Part shown: piece after piece, positions 1-9,500 of the stretch
Position numbering within the stretch: the first letter of the stretch is position 1
Layout of the letters: each line of letters starts with the position of its first letter
Virus record (IMG/VR): IMGVR_UViG_3300020183_000007
Span: 32,001 to 96,000 of that record
Reading direction: 5' to 3' (one strand)
DNA length: 64,000 nucleotides
From: a virus
Position numbers and translations under genes: made by a program
The notes under the pieces: model-generated
Told to the model about the DNA's origin: nothing
The model's input: only the letters and a program-made list of their open reading frames with translations
Databases searched by the model: none

Positions 1-548
1 CTTGATCCACCGGATCCTCTATTATTTTCTAACGGATTTCTGCTTTCAGAGGAAGTAATCATTGTATTTCTTATAATTTGCAAAGAATTTTCAACAAAAG
101 TATTGCCAATATTTTTTCCGGCCATACTCTTAGATAGTATTTTATTCCATGCCGCAGCTCCGGTTAGAGTGGCATTATTAGAGCCAGTAGGATCCCCCTC
201 GGGGCCAACACTAAAATCTGTTGCTTCAGGGTTAGCTATTGTAATGGTCGCATTTTCGGGAGTGGTAGCGGATGCAGCTGCAGCTCCGCCAGTAATCAAA
301 CCATTTAAAGATGCAGATACACTTGCATTCATGGCTGCTATAGGATATTTTTTACTTCTATTTAAAACATCTCCAGCCATAACTCCAGTTACATCAAAAG
401 AACTTAATGTTCTTCCTGTGGCAGGAGGCGCTAAAGAAGCGCTAGTGTTTAAAACTGGTGATTTTCCACCGGGGTAAAAATCCCCATGTATAGTTTTAGC
501 AAAAGATGCGCTATCAGAAAGAGATTCATTATTAATATTAAATGACAC
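1..548 (-). CDS. Hypothetical virion/baseplate-region protein, partial (runs off the left edge)
   Basis: Not in the ORF track. Manual translation gives GTG at 548-546, with an AGGGAG SD overlapping the TAG of the 3718-aa gene. The frame reads VSFNINNESLSDSASFAKTIHGDFYPGGKSP... with no stop to position 1. Confidence 0.6.
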   Translation of the reverse strand, partial: MSFNINNESLSDSASFAKTIHGDFYPGGKSPVLNTSASLAPPATGRTLSSFDVTGVMAGDVLNRSKKYPIAAMNASVSASLNGLITGGAAAASATTPENATITIANPEATDFSVGPEGDPTGSNNATLTGAAAWNKILSKSMAGKNIGNTFVENSLQIIRNTMITSSESRNPLENNRGSGGS

Positions 549-558
549 AATAAACTCC

Positions 559-3500
559 CTATTGCCCAACTCTTGCGGGCATTATTGCTGATTCTTCGGC
601 ACTGATGACAGAATTCCCCTCAATTTGAAGCTGCTTAGTATATACTGTAGCCAAGTTATTTGTTACCAATTCCCAATTTAGGGTAACAGGATGGCCATTT
701 TCATAGTATTCATCCCAGAATATAGTAGGCCATTCTCTAGTTTTATTATAGGTAGATTCTAGTACTTTATACTGCACTAAATCGTTATACAATTTAATTG
801 TTTCACTATTGGATAATCCATATTTAGTATTTGTATCGAGTGTTATGGATAGTGGCGAAGTGTAAACTAAGCCTAATGCTGAAAGCGCATTTAATATTGA
901 GTCTTTCTTAACAAAAAGTGGTGAATCTTGATATATAGAGTTAAAGAATAATTGTTTTATTTTTTGCTCTGCGCCGGCGCCAATTTGATTATCTATAAAA
1001 CATTTTTCAACAAAATCTTTTGCTGCCTGGACTATAGACTCTGGCTGATAATACCATACTGTACCAAGGATTCTATTTGACTCTGTAACATCTTTAGTAT
1101 AGTTTGCAACAGTATTTTGCTCTGCCCCAGCCTCGAAATCAGATTCAGAAATAACAGAACTCGACGCTGCGTTGTTAATTCTTATTCTTAAAACTACTAA
1201 TCTGTTTTCTAATTTAGATTGTACGAATATCTTAGCTTTACCACCAGGAGTATTGATTGCAGTCATTTTCGTTGATGGCGTTGAGTCATTACTATAGCTA
1301 ACTCCTAAATCGCCATCATTTGATGTAACAGTAAATGTATTAATTTCGCCAGAGTCTATTCCATCAAATCTGACAGTAAATTTTGCCCCAGAAATAACAT
1401 CCTGTACATCAAATGTGTCACCATCTTTAAATTTTATAACTTTAGCAATAACGCTAAATAGTGAAGGTTGGAGATTAGTTTTATCTGGACCTAGCCCACT
1501 TAATTGTAGCACTCTTGCATGAACTAGAGCATTCTCGTAATCTATGTATCTTATTAGATCTGTTGTCTGCCTTTCTTGCCAACCTAAACTCTTCAAAAGA
1601 TCGTCGCTTCTAATAAAAATATTTCCTTCTGGTGTTCTAACTTTTGTCCTTGCACCGAGCAGGCCGGGGAGCAATACTTTAGAGTGATGCCTGCCAACAA
1701 CCATACCCTGATTATAAGATAGTCCAGCATCCATCGGCTGACCATTCTTGCTAAGATATTGAACATAACATCCGTGTTGGTCAAGAACATTGTCTCTAAT
1801 CCATTTCCAACCCTTCCATGCCAATTGACCAACTATTGGCACAGACAAACCCATAGCAAAGCCTGCTACTCCGGTAGCGCCAGCGCCAGCTGCAGCCGCT
1901 GCGATGCCCACTCCGCCAGTTAAGGCAGTAGTCATTCCCTGAAAAACAGATCTGCTAGCAGAAGAACCATATTGCTTAATCACAGCTTCTGCTTTTTGGG
2001 GAAGAGTTGTAGCTGTTTGATTTGCCATAATATCCTTAATTAAAGCAGTAGATCCATGAGTGTATTGTAATCCACCAATCATCTGGGGGCTTAAGGCGTC
2101 GGATAAAGCATCTACTGATACCATTCCGCCTAAATTAATGCCGCTGTTGGATGCCATTATATTATCCATATAGAAACGTGTATCATTTCTTAGGTTTTGC
2201 ACAGTGAACCATGAGTTAATCCATGAGCTCAAAAACCATCTGGCAGGATCGTTAACGGTCACCAAAGCATTTGGTGTAATCGATGTAATATAGCCCATTT
2301 CTGGAGTAAAGTGATGTACTATTTGTTCAACTTCAAAAATGCCGTACATTCTTTCATAAACATCCGACAAGTAAACCAGGTCATGCGGACGTATATCAGC
2401 ATTCCCGATTATAATTAATTCCCCACCATATATATCTTTAATTGATTCTCTCAGGTGCGCTAACGCTATTCTTCTAGCAGATAGTTCGTCAGGTGTGCCC
2501 TGAATATTTTTTGCTATACCCCTGACTGTTTCCAGGGGATGCATTAGTGGATGCAGCACACCGAGAAATCCAGATCCAACGAAATTATCGTAATACAAAC
2601 CTGTTTCAACAGTTTTTTCAGTTTGACGCTCTGCTGGCGCGCCTTTGTCTAGGGCTACTGTAATTGGATACTTGCCATCTGAGACAGCTGTAACAACAGT
2701 AGAAACTCCATTTAGGTTTTCTTGAATCTGATTAGATATAATATGAGAAAATGAACTTAAATAATGCAATCTTTGGAATGATTGCCTAACTTCCACAACT
2801 GGCTCACCATACTCACGAGTAAACGGATTATCTACAGCCCTCAATAGGCTACCCTCTCTTCCAAGCGAATAATAAATAGAATCATTTAGAACTTTATTTA
2901 ATATATGAGCTTGCCTACTAAAATTACCAACTTCGGTGATAGCATATCCCATTTGCATCATGGCCAATTTAAACATACCTAAAAGACCAGAAAGACCGTC
3001 GCCTATTGCACTCATAATTGGCCCTATGTTTCTATCATAGAAATTACCAACGCTTTCTGATATTCCACTAATAAAAGTAGAAGAACCAGTTCCTTCCGAT
3101 TTTGTGGAAACTAAAAGCTTCAGAAATTTATTTTTATCCTTAGCGTATTCACCATAAGGATTTATAAAAGCTTCAAAAATTTTATCAACAGGTTTGAATG
3201 ACCATTGCCCCTCAGAACCGCCTCCACCACTTGTTATAATTCCCCTTTTACGGTTGGGCTTTAATACTAACCATGCTCTACCATAAGCTGTACTCCAAAG
3301 ATTTTGTCTAAATATTCCAACCATTAAAAGAAATAATTGTTTTGGAGTTTTAATTTTTTCACTTAGAGCAATAGCCTCTTCAGGATTTTTTTTATTTTCT
3401 AAAGCGTACTCTAATATCGAGTTTGTAACTCCAGACTCAAAAAAGTTTTCTTTGATTCCATTAAGAGCGTCAGCAATAGTAGCATTAAAAAATTGTATTA

Positions 3501-6500
3501 TCCCTGTATCAGATTCTTTTTCTGCTGCTATTAAGTCTATATAGTTTTTTCTTATAAACTCTACTGCGTTTCTTCTTTGAGTAGCGTTTGTTGACGGAAC
3601 ACCTTGACCACCCATCTGTGGATTATTGGGTATATTAAAATAATCTGCACCTAACAAAATAGCTAATTCATCTACTGCGGTATTTTCAGTGTTAGATAAA
3701 CCTGCGATTGGAATGTTTGAATCCTCAAAATTACTAAATGAGTTTTCGTTTGAGGATCCTAATATTCTAGCAAATTCTTCTGGAAATGCGTCCGTTGAAT
3801 CTGGGTCCATTCCATAAATTCTTGCAAAAATAGCTTTAACGCTATCATATGTATGATAACCAAATCTGAACTGATCCCATATATCATTTGCTTGATTCAG
3901 ATTTCTTCCATTACCAGCTATAACTGATACATTCGGGTCAAAATTTTCATCATAATAAGATCGAGCTTCAACTGAAACAGAGTCCAAAGGGTCATATACA
4001 CTTAAGAATGCAGCTCTGCCCTTACTTGTCTTTACATCTCCGGTTGTACTCAGCTCTTCATCTAAAACGTCATATAAATAACTTCTAGAAAGTTGTTCAT
4101 TTCCTACTAGATCGGAATCTTCACTTGATCCTAAACCACCAGACTCTGCTGAGGAATTAAAGTTTGTAGCATCTAATAGTGCATTAAAGTAACCTATAAA
4201 TGGTTTATCTCTTCCGTCTGGAACTGCTAAAGCATTGCCGCCAAAATCAAATCTGCTAGAAGATATTTCCGCATTTATAGGAATCCACTCCGAGAATATA
4301 TTTGGAGGATCTACCATGTCCTCATCATAAACCTTAAATCTAGAGCCAGCTCCACCTTGAAGTTCATTTATTAAATCCTGAGAAGTTGTGCGTCTTGCTG
4401 TCAGTTCTGATAACTGACCATCTTCTGTCATTGTGTAATTTCCAAAACCAAGGATCATGCTGTCATCCGGAGATCTGGCTCCTCTTTCAAGGAATCTTTT
4501 TATCGGAGCTGCTGCTGAAGATATTACACCTACAGGAACATCGTCTGGCACAAATGCAAACATACATTCCACTGGCTGTGGATTTATACTTAATCCACTT
4601 TCATTTTCATAATTTAACTCATCTTCATTACCAAAAATAGATACATTTAATCTATCGGTAATTCTATTTCCTATATATATAGGAGCGCTAATATATTGCG
4701 AAACGTTTAAAGCATAACCAAGCGCAGTGCCTGCAGCGCTGCCTACAGCGCCAGCTGCACTTGCCATTGTATTTATCCATGATGGCAATTGGTTTAATAT
4801 ATCGGATTCCTCTGAGTTAGCGGTTAATTTAAAACTTAAATTTTTTGATATGAAGTTACCCAAATACCATGCAGCGTCTGGAGAAACTACAGCTGCCGCC
4901 GTATCATCATCATCTCCCCATAGGAAATATGCTGGAGCGCAAACAACAGCCCTATTAGTTCTGGGACTATAAACTAAGACTTTTCTCTTTTTATAATCTT
5001 CTGCTGTTCCATATAAATCCGTAAATCCATACTTTTCTTTGAACTTTTCCAATGTTTCATCATAGACAGTTATGTTATTAAAGCCCGAAGGAGCTTGCGT
5101 AGAAGAGAATCCAGGATTATATGGCCATTTCATAGCAATGTAAAATTGTTCTGCCTCTGCTGCTGTTTGCTGAGAGGCAGGGAGGTCACCGGGAGATCCC
5201 CATTCTTCATAAGATATCTGATTTGATATCTCATACTCAAACGAATAATCATCAGCATTTCTCTTTGCCTCAGAAGAGCTAACTGAGTATTGTGTAATTG
5301 CAGCTGGGTCAACAGATATGCTTAATCTATTAGCTAAAACAGAGGGCAGAGGCATTCTTACATACTTTGTATTTGCTCCACCAATAAAAGACAAACCATC
5401 TACATCAATAATATTATCAATAAAAGTTGAGAACCCCAAAGGACGATCTAACTCTAATATTCCAGAAGATGGCACTAGAGTTAGTTCATTATTTAAAATG
5501 AACTTGCTTTCATACTGAAGCAGGGTAAACATGTTGGCCATAAAAGTTGCGCCACCAAAAGATCTTCTATCTTCTGCCATTGCCTCATTGACAAACCCTT
5601 GAAATTCTTCGGCGTCCATTGGAACTTCGCCTTCATTATCTAGAAACTTTCTTCCAGATTTGCCAATATCCTTAAAATGACTGGCTGCGTTCTGAAAAAC
5701 TCCGCCGTCTCTAATACTATAAGATGTAGAGTCTAATATAATAGTTTCATTGATTGTGTAAAACGGGTACCTAAATCTTGGCGGAAGATTATCCAACTGA
5801 GCATGGGCTTTTGTCATTGGAGCAATAGTTGTAGTCGGATCTCCAACAGGAAGGTGGAAACCAACTCTTGTTAAGCCAACTACTGTTGGTAGTTTTGCTA
5901 CTACCACTTTAGTTCCGTCGTCTTGTGTTTCAGAAAAGCTTGAAGCTAATGGTGAGTTAAAGTTAATTAATTTTTCTTTCAAAAATGCCGTAGGCTTATA
6001 AATGCCCTGTGAATTAACTTGATCACTAGCTAAGCTTGCCATTGTATCTGACAGTTCATTAGATCTTTTAAATGCTTCATAATCAGCAAGTGTGTTACTG
6101 GATCTATTTATATTACTCATAATATTTTGAATATCTTCATCTGCCGAACGATATTTTGGATAGCCAGGTAATTCTAGTTCAGAGCCTCTTTGCGTACTAG
6201 GAAAACCAGTAGTTACAGGTACTACGCCCGAAGTGTAAAGCCAGTGAGGCTTACCATAAAATATTGTAGATCTATCTTCAAAAGGTCTAATGGCTACAAT
6301 ATAATTGGGTAACAATCTAGCGCAAACCTGGAATAAATCCCATACAGTTCTCATATATGTTTGAGCCCTGAAGGAGACTTCGTCAAAACCTGGTAGGTCA
6401 TCATCATCGTTTGGTGAAATAATACCCATTGTTCGGAAAAGATTGGTGCCACCTCTTCCTCTTAATATTCCAAATAATCCACCACCAGCTATTCCAGAAC

Positions 6501-9500
6501 CTATAGCAAAATTTACTCCAGGTATTAGACCTACAGCTCCAGCCAATCCACCCATAAGTATATTTTTAGTTGCGTTTGCCCTACCCTCACTAGATACTAG
6601 TTGATTTCCGGCAGTCATTGTTGAAATTGCTGTTTTGGCTGACACGGACTCATTTTGAGCTTCTACTATAAGACGATTCCAAGATCTGTCTCCGGCTCTT
6701 TCCAAATACGCTTGTCCTTTTAGTTTTTTACTATCTTCCTCCACTAAAGACGAAGCTGTCAACCATCCATCATCTATGTCTCCACCAAGGAACTGAGCAA
6801 AGCCTGTTCCATTTCCTGGATAAATATTTCTTTTGAAAATTTCTAAATCAACCTCTGCACAGAAGTTAGACATTAACTGCCCCATGCTAGTCATTATTCT
6901 TCCATCTCCAAAGAATGTGCTAACAGGGTTTCTTGTAAAAACATTAGTTGCCAACTTGAATGATGCCGCATTGGCAGCTCCGCCAACATCTCCTTGACCA
7001 AGATTAGAATAAACGCTTGCTACAACATTTCTTATTCCATCAGCTCTTGCCCTCTCTGATTCGCTTAATGGTTCGTATAGTGTTGAGCCAAAATGTCTAA
7101 TACCAAATCTATTTTCAGAAAAGACTGTTCCATTTGTAGCTCTAGCAAAAGCTTCCCTAAATCTTGATGCGCCCATTGAAAGCAATCTAACCATTAGGTC
7201 TCTAGGTTCAGACAAATACATGCCAGTATCTACGCCACCATCTATTTTACCTGTGTCGCCTTTTTTATTTGTAGAGTTAACTATTGCACTAAGCTCAATT
7301 GCATCAGACTGTGCTGTTACTGTAACAATTTCACCTTGCTCCACATTTGTTATCACACCATTGAAAACTGTTTGCAAAGAGTTTGGATTAGCACCATATC
7401 CAACCCTAAGATGAACGCGAACTCCAGGCTTTAATCTAATATTATTAATATCTACAACATAATCATTTCTCATTCCTGAGACAATATTTTTAGCTATATT
7501 CAAAGTTCTATCCAAAATAGATTCAATACCTTGAGTAAAGTCTATTGGAGCATCATTTGGTTGGTTATCTCTAGAATTAAAAATTTCAGTAGAAGGACGT
7601 GTAGTCAATTTTGAATACATATTTGATACTCTAAATATTAAAGTATCACCCAAGAGATCCTCTGAGGAAACAACGGAAAAATCTACTATAGACTGCAACC
7701 CATAAAAGTTATCGAATAATTTAACACCAGCAAAAAAACCACCTTCGTCAATTAACCATAACATGTAGGTGGGAAATGCCCTGATCATTCTTCCAGATAT
7801 ATCTCTATACTGTACATCGTTCATCATCTTTTGAATATGGCTACCAAAGGATCCATCATAAGCTTTTTGATACTTATTTAATGACTGAACACCTTCTACG
7901 CCGGTAAGGGCATTTTTGCAACCTCTATCTGGCGTTTGTGTATCCTCAACCTGATTCTCTACTAGTCTCTTGTCTCCATGGTCATCTATCAAAACATTGG
8001 CTCCATCAACTGTTAAATAAAATCTTCCATTGTCTTTATTAATATAGCCAAAATGAGTCCCTAATGCTGATTGCATCATTGCCGGAATGTCTGATCCGGA
8101 TCCAGCTTCTTGCGGATTTGTTGCTGGAATCAAGTATATAACTTTATGAAAATCAACTTCATCTGGATTAAAGCTGACTTCTGTTTCAGTTGCTAAATGA
8201 GAATTTGTCAAAACCTGTTTGATTAAATTTAGCGTTTCTGCACTACTATAATTTACATTACCAACGGAATAACCGGCTCCAGAAATTTCTTCAAATACTG
8301 GATTATCTTCAGTTGATTGTGCAGAAATAAAAACATAATCGGTTAATAAGGCTTGCTTTTCTGAAGTTTGAAACTCAGAAGTTTCTGCTTGTACCACTTC
8401 TTGGAAAAGACTAATAAAGTTATGAACGCTTATGCCGCTACTGTTCACATAGTCTATGATTTCGTCAATTAATATTTTATTATTATTTGCTCTTAAAAGC
8501 TGCGGCAATGGCTCATTGGCAATATCCTTATAAGCGTATCTTCTAAGAAAATCTGTAATTCTATTTTTAACTTGATTTTTTCTTATTTCTATACCACGCG
8601 CATCTCCCAGCTTAGCCCAATTATCACTATAATCAAATTTAAAATCTTTTGTTATATCTGGTTGATAAGTAAAGTTATTAATGACATCTCTGTCAAACAT
8701 TTCAAAACTTCTAAAATAGAAGTCTGGATCCAAATTGCCAACTATTTCATTTTCTTTATCACGAACTTCCAGCGGCATATCGGGATATGCATTAAATGCT
8801 CCCCACAACTGCTTAATTCTTAAAAATGGATTTCTTTTTGACCCAAAGTGGTCAATAAAATCTTTTTGCTGCTTTGATGAAAGCTTTTCTCTTTTTTGCT
8901 GAAATATGTCAAAGTCAACAAAACTTAATTGAACATTGTAAACATGTGGATAATTTGGTATTGTATCGACTTTGAAGTTTAATGGAATAACATATTTGAT
9001 TCCACATAGTGCGCTAATAATATTTTTAATTCCAAGGAAACCAATAACTCCCGTAGAGTGTTCAAGCCTTGCTAATGAATTGATATGATCAAAAATTGCT
9101 CTAATTTTATAAAGCTCTCTTTCACCAAAAACAGTCATTGATATATTGACATATGAATCTTTTCCACCTATATACTGATATGTTGGTTCCTCCTGCATTT
9201 GCACTTGCAACTTCGAAAGGTTGTTTCCAAGACTTACGCTTACACCATTAACTATAGCTTTTTTAGGGTCTAAATCAACTCTGTTCATTGGGACTTCCCA
9301 TTCCTGGAAATGGTAATCTCCCTCCCTTAAACGCTTTGCCTCCATAAGATTTTGGATATAGCCATCAGAAAAAAAGCGATCATACAGTGATAATAAGAAT
9401 GCATCAGTTACTTGTTGACGAATTTTTTTTTCGTCAGGCACGGCTGTTTCGGTGCCTAAAACTTTTCTTTTTTCAATCTCTTCGACAATCAAAGTTTCAA

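Noticed and set aside
103-477. 124-aa plus-strand ORF from the track
   Set aside because: It is antisense to an open minus-strand frame (GTG at 548 with an SD) that continues the operon, so it is treated as a shadow.
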